From: Nostoc sp. PCC 7120 = FACHB-418
GTDB taxonomy: Bacteria > Cyanobacteriota > Cyanobacteriia > Cyanobacteriales > Nostocaceae
Direction: 5' to 3'
NCBI RefSeq assembly: GCF_000009705.1
Contig: NC_003272.1
Coordinates: 1,080,001 to 1,112,000, forward strand
DNA: 32,000 bases
This document shows positions 9,427 to 17,271 of the stretch, piece after piece (positions within the stretch are counted from its first letter, which is position 1; the number at the start of each line of letters is the position of its first letter). Position numbers and translations under genes: made by a program. Under the pieces are notes generated by a model. The model was not told the DNA's origin and made no database searches. It worked only from the letters and a program-made list of their open reading frames with translations.

Positions 9427-9459
9427 AGATACCAGACTTCTTTAAGAAGTCTGGTATCT
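9427..9459. repeat. Perfect 33-nt palindrome (16+1+16) AGATACCAGACTTCTT-T-AAGAAGTCTGGTATCT
   Basis: Read directly. It overlaps the stop codon (9458-9460) of the upstream minus-strand gene. It resembles the dispersed palindromes common in Nostoc genomes. Confidence 0.6.
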
Positions 9460-11203
9460 AGTAACCCCGCAAAGGTATAGCAGTAGAGTTATCAGTTTTT
9501 TTGAGTGTGAGAAAAATGTCGTAGCGGGTGCTGCGATTATCACTAACAGCAGTTGTCACACCGATGGAACGGGTTGCAGCTAACAATGTTTGTTGCTTAG
9601 GTATCAGTCTTGGCAGGGGAAAGTTTTTTGCTGTCTGTTCCACATCCAAGTAAAACTGACCGTTTGTAGGATTAGGTTCTACTGGTACTGTTTGTTGAAA
9701 TGCCAAACTGTTGGCAAGGGTGTTATTGGGTTTGGGAACAATTTTATCGGTAATGGGAGCGCCTATTGATAGAAAGAAAACGTCTCCATCCAACCAACCG
9801 TGGGTAGCCGTGAGAGTTCCATAGGGGCTAATCCAATTAATAACGGGTTTACCTGCTACGGTTGCGGGTTGAATTTGGAATTGGTATTGATTTTTCATCA
9901 CCTCGTCTAGCTGTTTAATGGATTTTTCAGCTAGTTTGCGTCGGCTTTGACCATCGGAGGTATCATTTGCTTGGATCATTAACACCAAAGCCGCTCGAAA
10001 ATCTTCCTGCGAACCCGGCTTGGAAGTACCTTGAATTAAAGATACAGCAAACTCTCCTCTCATCCACTTGAGTAAATCTCTTTCTAAGTCAAGATTTGTG
10101 AGTGATTTAACTCCACTCCGCAGTTGTTCTGGTGTCACTGGCGCTAGAGGATTACCTTGAGATGTTAAAACGTAGTCACTCCATAGGCGTTGTAAATCTC
10201 CTCCAGACAGCATCATAATAGTTTCTGCTGGTACACGATTTTGCATATTGCCAGCTTTGTTTGTTACTGCCAATACACGCTGACTACGAGGATTGAGCCA
10301 TGAAACTCCTTTGATGCGTATCCCTTCTGGCTCTAGAGTTACAGTCCCGGCTAAACCTTGGTTGTTTTGCAGTTGCGCTAAAACTTGTGCTGGTAAGCGA
10401 CGATTGGGAGCAATAGCGGCTATTCTTGCAACGTTGGGGACATTCACATAAAACTGAGCCAAAGGCTGATAACTAGCTACCTTCGGGAAGTTTTCTGCAA
10501 AACCGCCTGTTGTTGCTAAGGTTGTCTTATTTCTATAAGCGTCAATTGCTTTTTCTGTGACTTTAATATTGTCGGTAATGACAAGAAAACGCTCATCTAT
10601 TAAAGCTGCGGAGAAGTTTTCCCCCGTTTTTCCCTCACTTTGTTTGATAGTAATCCCCTGATAGGTGCTATCTTTCCACTTGGCTTGATTTGGGTTTTTT
10701 GGTTGAGCGAAAATACTTTTGGCTTTTTGTGGGTTTCTTACTGGTAAAACCATAACCATCGACTGTTGGCTACTTGTTACATCTGTATTGGTCGATACTG
10801 GTTTAATTGCTGATTTATTTACCTCAGGAGCTAAAATTGCTAAGGTCACTTCATCCCCTACCCAAGGTTGAATATCTTGCTCGAAGTTGTAACCTTGATT
10901 CGTCAGAAAGCGATCGCGTAATTGTAATAAATTTTGATTGACTATTGCTTGACTTTCCTTCGTGCCAAATTTCTGCAATTTCTGCCATTGTTTAGGATCT
11001 GTACTCAGAGAAACCGCAAATAAGGCATCTTGCGGGATAATATTTGCCCCTACTAACAAATTTCTCGAAAATGATTCTCTCTGGCTAAATAACCAGTATC
11101 CTGCTGCACCACCACCAACTAATAACCCGGCTGCGGAAAGTGTCAGCACTAAAGATGGTTTCTTTGTTTTCTTCATGGGAACAGACAAAATAGGCGGTGT
11201 CAC
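9458..11203 (-). CDS. Conserved cyanobacterial membrane-anchored protein of unknown function (possibly DUF3352 family)
   Basis: 581-aa ORF with one N-terminal TM helix (LVLTLSAAGLLVGGGAAGYWLF) and no catalytic motifs recognised. An alternative ATG start is at 11176 (MKKTKKP). Confidence 0.5.
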   Translation of the reverse strand: MTPPILSVPMKKTKKPSLVLTLSAAGLLVGGGAAGYWLFSQRESFSRNLLVGANIIPQDALFAVSLSTDPKQWQKLQKFGTKESQAIVNQNLLQLRDRFLTNQGYNFEQDIQPWVGDEVTLAILAPEVNKSAIKPVSTNTDVTSSQQSMVMVLPVRNPQKAKSIFAQPKNPNQAKWKDSTYQGITIKQSEGKTGENFSAALIDERFLVITDNIKVTEKAIDAYRNKTTLATTGGFAENFPKVASYQPLAQFYVNVPNVARIAAIAPNRRLPAQVLAQLQNNQGLAGTVTLEPEGIRIKGVSWLNPRSQRVLAVTNKAGNMQNRVPAETIMMLSGGDLQRLWSDYVLTSQGNPLAPVTPEQLRSGVKSLTNLDLERDLLKWMRGEFAVSLIQGTSKPGSQEDFRAALVLMIQANDTSDGQSRRKLAEKSIKQLDEVMKNQYQFQIQPATVAGKPVINWISPYGTLTATHGWLDGDVFFLSIGAPITDKIVPKPNNTLANSLAFQQTVPVEPNPTNGQFYLDVEQTAKNFPLPRLIPKQQTLLAATRSIGVTTAVSDNRSTRYDIFLTLKKTDNSTAIPLRGY

Positions 11204-11454
11204 GTCGCTTGTAACATCTTTGTATAGAATTTTTCAAAAATTATTCTCAAATGTTCTTTTATGTTAGTAAAGCTCTTAGTGAGAAATTAGTCTTTTTAGG
11301 CACTCTTAGAATATAACTAACAACCAAAAGCCACAAGCTACCAGTATCTTGTTTGACATCTAATGTCTATAACCAGATACAAATCATATATTGTATTGAA
11401 TTTTAATTAATTTTAAATTTAATAACTACAAATTCCCAAGTAATGTCAAAGCTT

Positions 11455-12084
11455 TTATATTTTGCCATTTCTAGAACTTAGCTGCATCGGCCCCAAGTAT
11501 TTTGTCAAATATGGCGAAAAGACTTCATAAATCAAGGTTAAAGGTTGACCGTGATGCCAAAACAGGTAATGGCGACCCCAGAAAGGCCCATCCACGCCAA
11601 AACCTAATTGCAAGGCCTCTGAATTTCCGTAATAAATACCCCGCACATCCCGATACAACTCCGTGCGAAGACGAGCTAGACTTGCCCAAATTGGTAATGA
11701 ACGGTTTTGCAAATACTCGTCTACATGGCTGGCTTCCCACCATGAGGTTGCATAGGCGAGTCGTTGGCCAGAGGCTGTACGTAGCCATACCTGTCGCCGC
11801 AGTCTTGGCGCTGGAACAGATTGGATTAAATCCGGCGCACTATCTAAATCCAAACCAATCAATGACATATCAATGACATCGACTTCTGTTGGCTCACCAG
11901 TAAGTAATTCTAAATGCCTTGTGGGTGAGCCATCACCTAAGAGTAGTAGTTGCCACGCTGGAGCCAGCTGAGTGTGAGGCAAACTATGTTTAATTACTTC
12001 TTCCCCACCTTGCCAAATAGGAGTGAGGCGATGCCATCCGGCTGGCAGTGTTGAGTTGTTGCTTGGAGTAAAAGTGGCAGTCAA
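11455..12084 (-). CDS. Chorismate lyase-like protein (UbiC/DUF98 family)
   Basis: LLLGDGSPTRHLELLTGE and RRQVWL...ATSWW segments are typical of cyanobacterial chorismate pyruvate-lyase homologues. The start is TTG, so the 5' end is uncertain. Confidence 0.55.
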   Translation of the reverse strand: MTATFTPSNNSTLPAGWHRLTPIWQGGEEVIKHSLPHTQLAPAWQLLLLGDGSPTRHLELLTGEPTEVDVIDMSLIGLDLDSAPDLIQSVPAPRLRRQVWLRTASGQRLAYATSWWEASHVDEYLQNRSLPIWASLARLRTELYRDVRGIYYGNSEALQLGFGVDGPFWGRHYLFWHHGQPLTLIYEVFSPYLTKYLGPMQLSSRNGKI

Positions 12085-12209
12085 TGTTCTTTACAAAAGT
12101 TCACCTATTTATATCAAAGCATAAAAAATTAATTAGTTGTCAGTTGTCATTGGTTATTCTTCTTTGCTCCCCCTGCCCCCTACTTCCCTCCTCTGCCCAA
12201 TAATTAGAA

Positions 12210-12250
12210 AGGTCAGGAGTCAAAAACTTATCACTTTTGACCACTGACCT
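12210..12250 (-). terminator. Two-tier hairpin downstream of tRNA-Leu (AGGTCAG-GA-GTCAAAA / TTTTGAC-CA-CTGACCT)
   Basis: 14 bp of pairing in total, read directly, starting 29 nt after the tRNA 3' end on the minus strand. Confidence 0.3.
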
Positions 12251-12278
12251 TTCACAATTGACTATAGTCACTAAAAAA

Positions 12279-12359
12279 TGCGGATGGCGAGACTCGAACT
12301 CGCAAGGCAAAGCCACACGCACCTCAAGCGTGCGCGTATACCAATTCCGCCACATCCGC
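12279..12359 (-). tRNA. tRNA-Leu (anticodon GAG), class II with long variable arm, CCA not encoded
   Basis: Folded by hand. Acceptor stem GCGGATG/CATCCGC. Anticodon stem CACGC/GCGTG with loop TTGAGGT. Variable arm GGC-TTT-GCC. T arm GCGAG-TTCGAGT-CTCGC. Discriminator A. Confidence 0.9.
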
Positions 12360-12758
12360 ACGGGTTGTACAAGAAGATATACTAGCACAAAAAAATTGCA
12401 TAAAACAAGGTAAAACTATATTTGCCAAACTTTATGGAAAATTTATCTTGCTAAATATACAAATTTCCCGAAGGAGGATACGAGACTAACAGAAATGTAG
12501 TATCGCCACAAGTGATATTAAAGGGGGTATGGGGGTTTTCTTCCCTTACACCCTTAAACCCTCACACCCCACCTCCATGAAAAATCTTGTTGGTAAGTCC
12601 GTTTCCTGCAATTTATTTAAAGATGAGCCTGGGGTATCTCCTGTCATAATTTGAGATGAAGCGATGCCTAAGGCGGGCTACGCCTACGCGCTAAAAGCAA
12701 CTTGGATGGGAGACAATTTCTATCTGCTGGTACTGATACTGATATCGAAAACTAGAAA

Positions 12759-14102
12759 ATGAAGTTTGACAAAATATTAATTGCCAATCGGGGAGAAATA
12801 GCGCTGCGCATTCTCCGCGCCTGTGAGGAAATGGGGATTGCGACGATCGCAGTTCATTCGACTGTTGACCGGAATGCTCTTCATGTCCAACTTGCTGACG
12901 AAGCGGTTTGTATTGGCGAACCTGCTAGCGCTAAAAGTTATTTGAATATTCCCAATATTATTGCTGCGGCTTTAACGCGCAATGCCAGTGCTATTCATCC
13001 TGGGTATGGCTTTTTATCTGAAAATGCCAAATTTGCGGAAATCTGTGCTGACCATCACATTGCATTCATTGGCCCCACCCCAGAAGCTATCCGCCTCATG
13101 GGGGACAAATCCACTGCCAAGGAAACCATGCAAAAAGCTGGTGTACCGACAGTACCGGGTAGTGAAGGTTTGGTAGAGACAGAGCAAGAAGGATTAGAAC
13201 TGGCGAAAGATATTGGCTACCCAGTGATGATCAAAGCCACGGCTGGTGGTGGCGGCCGGGGTATGCGACTGGTGCGATCGCCAGATGAATTTGTCAAACT
13301 GTTCTTAGCCGCCCAAGGTGAAGCTGGTGCAGCCTTTGGTAATGCTGGCGTTTATATAGAAAAATTTATTGAACGTCCGCGCCACATTGAATTTCAAATT
13401 TTGGCTGATAATTACGGCAATGTGATTCACTTGGGTGAGAGGGATTGCTCAATTCAGCGTCGTAACCAAAAGTTACTAGAAGAAGCCCCCAGCCCAGCCT
13501 TGGACTCAGACCTAAGGGAAAAAATGGGACAAGCGGCGGTGAAAGCGGCTCAGTTTATCAATTACACCGGGGCAGGTACTATCGAGTTTTTGCTAGATAG
13601 ATCCGGTCAGTTTTACTTTATGGAGATGAACACCCGGATTCAAGTAGAACATCCCGTAACTGAGATGGTTACTGGAGTGGATTTATTGGTTGAGCAAATC
13701 AGAATTGCCCAAGGGGAAAGACTTAGACTAACTCAAGACCAAGTAGTTTTACGCGGTCATGCGATCGAATGTCGCATCAATGCCGAAGACCCAGACCACG
13801 ATTTCCGCCCAGCACCCGGACGCATTAGCGGTTATCTTCCCCCTGGCGGCCCTGGCGTGCGGATTGACTCCCACGTTTACACGGATTACCAAATTCCGCC
13901 CTACTACGATTCCTTAATTGGTAAATTGATCGTTTGGGGCCCTGATCGCGCTACTGCTATTAACCGCATGAAACGCGCCCTCAGGGAATGCGCCATCACT
14001 GGATTACCTACAACCATTGGGTTTCATCAAAGAATTATGGAAAATCCCCAATTTTTACAAGGTAATGTGTCTACTAGTTTTGTGCAGGAGATGAATAAAT
14101 AG
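12759..14102 (+). CDS. accC: Acetyl-CoA carboxylase, biotin carboxylase subunit
   Basis: 447 aa. Begins [18 protein letters not shown], with ATP-grasp GGGGRGMR and [14 protein letters not shown]. Confidence 0.95.
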   Translation: MKFDKILIANRGEIALRILRACEEMGIATIAVHSTVDRNALHVQLADEAVCIGEPASAKSYLNIPNIIAAALTRNASAIHPGYGFLSENAKFAEICADHHIAFIGPTPEAIRLMGDKSTAKETMQKAGVPTVPGSEGLVETEQEGLELAKDIGYPVMIKATAGGGGRGMRLVRSPDEFVKLFLAAQGEAGAAFGNAGVYIEKFIERPRHIEFQILADNYGNVIHLGERDCSIQRRNQKLLEEAPSPALDSDLREKMGQAAVKAAQFINYTGAGTIEFLLDRSGQFYFMEMNTRIQVEHPVTEMVTGVDLLVEQIRIAQGERLRLTQDQVVLRGHAIECRINAEDPDHDFRPAPGRISGYLPPGGPGVRIDSHVYTDYQIPPYYDSLIGKLIVWGPDRATAINRMKRALRECAITGLPTTIGFHQRIMENPQFLQGNVSTSFVQEMNK

Positions 14103-14129
14103 GGTAATGGGTAATGGGTAATGGGTAAT
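14102..14129. repeat. STRR heptamer array (GGGTAAT x4) abutting the accC stop
   Basis: Tandem copies counted directly. Inverted ATTACC-type copies follow at 14141-14158. Confidence 0.85.
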
Positions 14130-14157
14130 AGAGTTTCAATCACCAATTACCAATTCC

Positions 14158-14451
14158 CTAACTCATCCGTGCCAACATCGTCAGTAATCCTTGCTGGCCT
14201 AGAAGAACTTCTCGCAACAGGCTAAAAATACCAACACACACAATGGGGGTGATATCAACACCACCTATTGGTGGGATGATTTTTCGCAAGGGAATGAGAA
14301 ATGGTTCAGTCGGCCAAGCAATTAAGTTGAAGGGCAAACGGTTCAGATCGACTTGCGGATACCAGGTCAGAATGATACGGAAAATAAACAGAAATGTCAT
14401 CACTCCCAATACAGGGCCAAGAATCCAAACGCTCAGGTTAACACCAGTCAT
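14158..14451 (-). CDS. YggT family membrane protein (Ycf19-like)
   Basis: 97 aa with two TM helices. FIFRIILTWYPQ and PTEPFLIPLRKIIPPIGGVDITP are typical of YggT. Confidence 0.75.
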   Translation of the reverse strand: MTGVNLSVWILGPVLGVMTFLFIFRIILTWYPQVDLNRLPFNLIAWPTEPFLIPLRKIIPPIGGVDITPIVCVGIFSLLREVLLGQQGLLTMLARMS

Positions 14452-14553
14452 CGATCTAAGCTACTATTTTGTGAATTTACAAAAAACTGCAAGCAAAAGC
14501 TGAAAATTTTAAGCTTTGTAAAGCATTCTCTCTCCAATTTTAACTAAATGCGG

Positions 14554-14589
14554 CCACATAATTGCTGTGCATCGAAAGCAATTATGTGG
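14554..14589. other. Perfect 13-bp stem hairpin (CCACATAATTGCT / AGCAATTATGTGG, 10-nt loop) in the yggT-psbX divergent spacer
   Basis: Read directly. The position does not fit a terminator for either flanking gene. Confidence 0.5.
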
Positions 14590-14650
14590 GTGGATATGAA
14601 TAATAGTTAGTGGAAGGCAGAGGGGCAGGGGAAGCAGGGGAACTATTGGC

Positions 14651-14692
14651 TACTGACAACTGGCAACTGACCATTGACGATTGACTATTAAC
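14651..14692. repeat. STRR-like heptamer array (nnTTGAC/nACTGAC units, about 6 copies)
   Basis: Tandem 7-nt periodicity read directly. Confidence 0.7.
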
Positions 14693-14761
14693 TATAGGCT
14701 TCTCAAGGAAGTAATACACCATTAGAATTATGATGAAGAGTGTAAAAAAAGGTTTAGATCC

Positions 14762-14881
14762 ATGACGCCTTCTTTATCAAATTTTCTTTGGAGTTTGGCT
14801 TGGGGTACTTTAATTGTCGTTATCCCTGCTACTGTTGGTTTGATTTTCATCAGCCAAAAAGATAAAATCCAGCGTTCATAG
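14762..14881 (+). CDS. psbX: Photosystem II reaction centre protein X
   Basis: 39-aa ORF absent from the ORF track: [39 protein letters not shown]. This is near-identical in pattern to known cyanobacterial PsbX. Confidence 0.9.
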   Translation: MTPSLSNFLWSLAWGTLIVVIPATVGLIFISQKDKIQRS

Positions 14882-14979
14882 TGTTTGGAGAGTTGTTTTG
14901 ACTCTCGCAACTGTTTGTCTGTCAGCAGCCTGCATTCCACTGTAGGTAGAAATCCCTGTTATTGGAAGCAAGGTATACT

Positions 14980-15004
14980 AAGCTGGCAGACCCAAGCTTT
15001 TTTA
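14980..15004 (+). terminator. Candidate intrinsic terminator after psbX
   Basis: AAGCTGG / CCA(A)GCTT stem with one bulge and a 5-nt loop, followed by TTTT. Confidence 0.3.
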
Positions 15005-15132
15005 GCTTTTGGTACATAGCTTCAGAGCTTCTTTGTCAGATGCTTTGAAGCTTAAATATTATATTGTGATTGTTTAGAGTAGTGATTTTAAGTGTGACTC
15101 GCTAACATAGATTTGATATTGGGAAAAGAACA

Positions 15133-16035
15133 ATGCTAAATTTTGGGCTGAACTCAGCCAGTGTTCTGGCTCAGGTTAATTTTGGAACGAACTCAGCCAG
15201 TATTCTAGGAATTTTCCTGGCTGTGGCTGGGGCAGCGCTGTATTTTCTCCGCACTGTGCGTCCGGAACTGTCAAGAGATCAGGATATATTTTTTGCAGCA
15301 GTGGGCTTACTGTGCGGTTTCATTCTTATTTTCCAAGGATGGCGGTTAGATCCGATTTTGCAATTTGGTCAGCTGCTTTTAGTGGGTACAACTGTATTTT
15401 TTGCGGTTGAAAGTATTCGTCTGCGGAGTATAGCTACTCAACAAGCGAAACGTAACACTCCGATTGTGGATGATGAACGACCAGTCAGCAAAAATTATTC
15501 TTACAACCGACGGAAATATGAGGCTGAGGTAGAAGACGATTATGCTCCTTTACCTTACGAAGATGAGGAAGAGGAAGAACGTCCAGTACGTGCCAGAATT
15601 CGTCCAAGTCGAGAAGACCGTTCCTCTCGTGATAACTATTATGAGGAACAACCACCCCGCAAAGAGCGCCGTAACACCACTGAGAGACAGGAACCAACGG
15701 ATAAACCACGCCGCCGTCCTACCAACCGCCCCACAACCAGAACTTCAGAAAGCTATGAACAAGAAGATTGGGGTTCTGCTTCTAGGCAAGTTGATGATTG
15801 GGAAAGTTCTAGTAGTGAAGTCAGAAAACCTCGCCGGGGGAATAATAATCCTCGCCCAGAAGTAGATGAGGATGTGCAACCCAGACCAAGAAAGCGTCGT
15901 CCGCCTGCTGATACAAGTTCTTCCCGTAGAGAAACTCAAGATGATGAAGCTATCCCAACTGACTACGTACCGTACAAACCGATAGATCAGTCAGATGATG
16001 ATTCAGAGAACTCGACAAATTTTGATGATATCTAA
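15133..16035 (+). CDS. ycf66: Ycf66 family protein with long charged, disordered C-terminal tail
   Basis: The first roughly 100 aa (LGIFLAVAGAALYFLRTVRPELSRDQDIFFAAVGLLCG...GWRLDPILQFGQ) match the Ycf66 N-domain. The remaining roughly 200 aa are R/E/D/P/S-rich low complexity. Confidence 0.8.
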   Translation: MLNFGLNSASVLAQVNFGTNSASILGIFLAVAGAALYFLRTVRPELSRDQDIFFAAVGLLCGFILIFQGWRLDPILQFGQLLLVGTTVFFAVESIRLRSIATQQAKRNTPIVDDERPVSKNYSYNRRKYEAEVEDDYAPLPYEDEEEEERPVRARIRPSREDRSSRDNYYEEQPPRKERRNTTERQEPTDKPRRRPTNRPTTRTSESYEQEDWGSASRQVDDWESSSSEVRKPRRGNNNPRPEVDEDVQPRPRKRRPPADTSSSRRETQDDEAIPTDYVPYKPIDQSDDDSENSTNFDDI

Positions 16036-16089
16036 AGCACTCTGGATGGATGTAAGCTTATAGGCGACGGAAACCAGTAAAGATTTGAG

Positions 16090-16650
16090 GTGAAAAAATT
16101 TACTTCTCAGTTCTGGCTCCAAAGACCAATTCATTGGAGCCTAATTTTTGGTTTGGCGAGTTTGCTTGGCTCTTGTGGTTCTGGTGATATCCCCCTTGGG
16201 CCAACTTCCCTCAATAGTCGCTTCGCAGAAGAGCAACCAGCCTTAAGTGGTAATGGTCGCTTTTTGGCGTTTATTTCTAATAGGAATGGTGTGCATCAGT
16301 TACTTGTGTATGATTTACAACAACAAAGTTTTATTCGGACACCAGGATTAAACCGACCAGAGACAATAACCGAAAGTCCCAGTTTGAGCTACACCGGGCG
16401 GTATATTGTTTACATGACTAGCGACCAAGGTAGACCTGTTGTGGCTCTTTACGATCGCGCCATCCAGCAATCGCAAATCATTACCCCCACCTATCGCGGG
16501 TGGGTACGAAATCCGGGTATTAGTCCAGATGGACGTTATGTTGTCTTTGAAACCGCGGCCCGTGGACAATGGGATATCGAAGTCCTAGACAGGGGGCCAA
16601 ATATTGAATTAGATATTCCCAATGGGGCTACGGTGAATCCGCAGCAGTAG
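16090..16650 (+). CDS. Lipoprotein with three PD40 (TolB-like beta-propeller) repeats
   Basis: GTG start and lipobox LLGSC. Repeats are SGNGRFLAFISNRNG..LLVYD, SYTGRYIVYMTSDQG..ALYD and SPDGRYVVFETAARGQWDIEVLD. Confidence 0.7.
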   Translation: MKKFTSQFWLQRPIHWSLIFGLASLLGSCGSGDIPLGPTSLNSRFAEEQPALSGNGRFLAFISNRNGVHQLLVYDLQQQSFIRTPGLNRPETITESPSLSYTGRYIVYMTSDQGRPVVALYDRAIQQSQIITPTYRGWVRNPGISPDGRYVVFETAARGQWDIEVLDRGPNIELDIPNGATVNPQQ

Positions 16651-16658
16651 GTGGGAAG

Positions 16659-16700
16659 TGTTGACCGTTAACTGTTGACTGTTGACTAATAACTAATGAC
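16659..16700. repeat. STRR-like heptamer array (TGTTGAC-type, about 6 units) running into the start codon at 16696
   Basis: Tandem 7-nt units read directly. Confidence 0.75.
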
Positions 16701-17217
16701 CAAACGTATTTTTATTCCTATATTTGCTTGTTTAGGATTAAGCGGATGTTTTGGCTATCCTCGGTTGGTAAGTTACCCTTTTGATCCAGGGGGAAGGAGT
16801 ATTAATAGTCTTGCTTCAGAACTTAATCCTCAGAGTTCGGGTAGATATATTGTGTTTACAAGCGATCGCCGGGGTAGTCAGGATGTGTATATGTTTGATA
16901 CTCTGACGCGGAATTTGGTGGATTTGCCTGGGCTAAATGCTTTAGATACCATCGCTTCTCATCCTAGTGTTTCGGCGGATGGTCGTTATGTGGTTTTTGC
17001 TGCTAGTCGTCAAGGACGCTCGGCTATTTTCCTCTATGACAGAGAAACAAGGCAATCACGCAGTTTGACAAATAATCTACAAGCAGAAGTCCGCAACCCC
17101 ACCATTAGCACTGATGGGAATGCGATCGCTTTTGAGTCTAGCAATAATGGGCAGTGGGATGTTTTAGTCTATAACCGTTCTGGGCAACCGGTGAATGTGC
17201 CGCAAGATCCGCGATGA
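16696..17217 (+). CDS. Paralogous lipoprotein with three PD40 repeats
   Basis: Lipobox LSGC. Repeats are SSGRYIVFTSDRRGSQDVYMFD, SADGRYVVFAASRQGRSAIFLYD and STDGNAIAFESSNNGQWDVLVYN. Confidence 0.7.
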   Translation: MTKRIFIPIFACLGLSGCFGYPRLVSYPFDPGGRSINSLASELNPQSSGRYIVFTSDRRGSQDVYMFDTLTRNLVDLPGLNALDTIASHPSVSADGRYVVFAASRQGRSAIFLYDRETRQSRSLTNNLQAEVRNPTISTDGNAIAFESSNNGQWDVLVYNRSGQPVNVPQDPR

Positions 17218-17271
17218 TGTGAGGGAGTTGGTGTAGGAGTTTAGGGGAGAAATTTTTGAATTTTGAATTGA

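Noticed and set aside
11502-11876. 124-aa and 87-aa ORFs overlapping the chorismate-lyase-like gene
   Set aside because: They are embedded in or opposite a CDS with recognisable family motifs and have none of their own.
12279-12359. Group I intron in tRNA-Leu, as known for cyanobacterial tRNA-Leu(UAA)
   Set aside because: This tRNA has an uninterrupted anticodon loop with anticodon GAG and a normal 81-nt length.
12140-12388. 82-aa minus-strand ORF
   Set aside because: It reads straight through a well-folding tRNA-Leu(GAG) gene and an STRR array, so it is an artefact.
14728-14940. 70-aa minus-strand ORF
   Set aside because: It is antisense to a clearly recognisable psbX gene (14762-14881) and has no recognisable features.
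15485-15939. Alternative-frame ORFs overlapping the ycf66 tail (15485-15709, 15542-15865, 15745-15939)
   Set aside because: The purine-rich, low-complexity DNA encoding the charged tail leaves several frames open by composition alone. The Ycf66 frame is continuous with the conserved N-domain.
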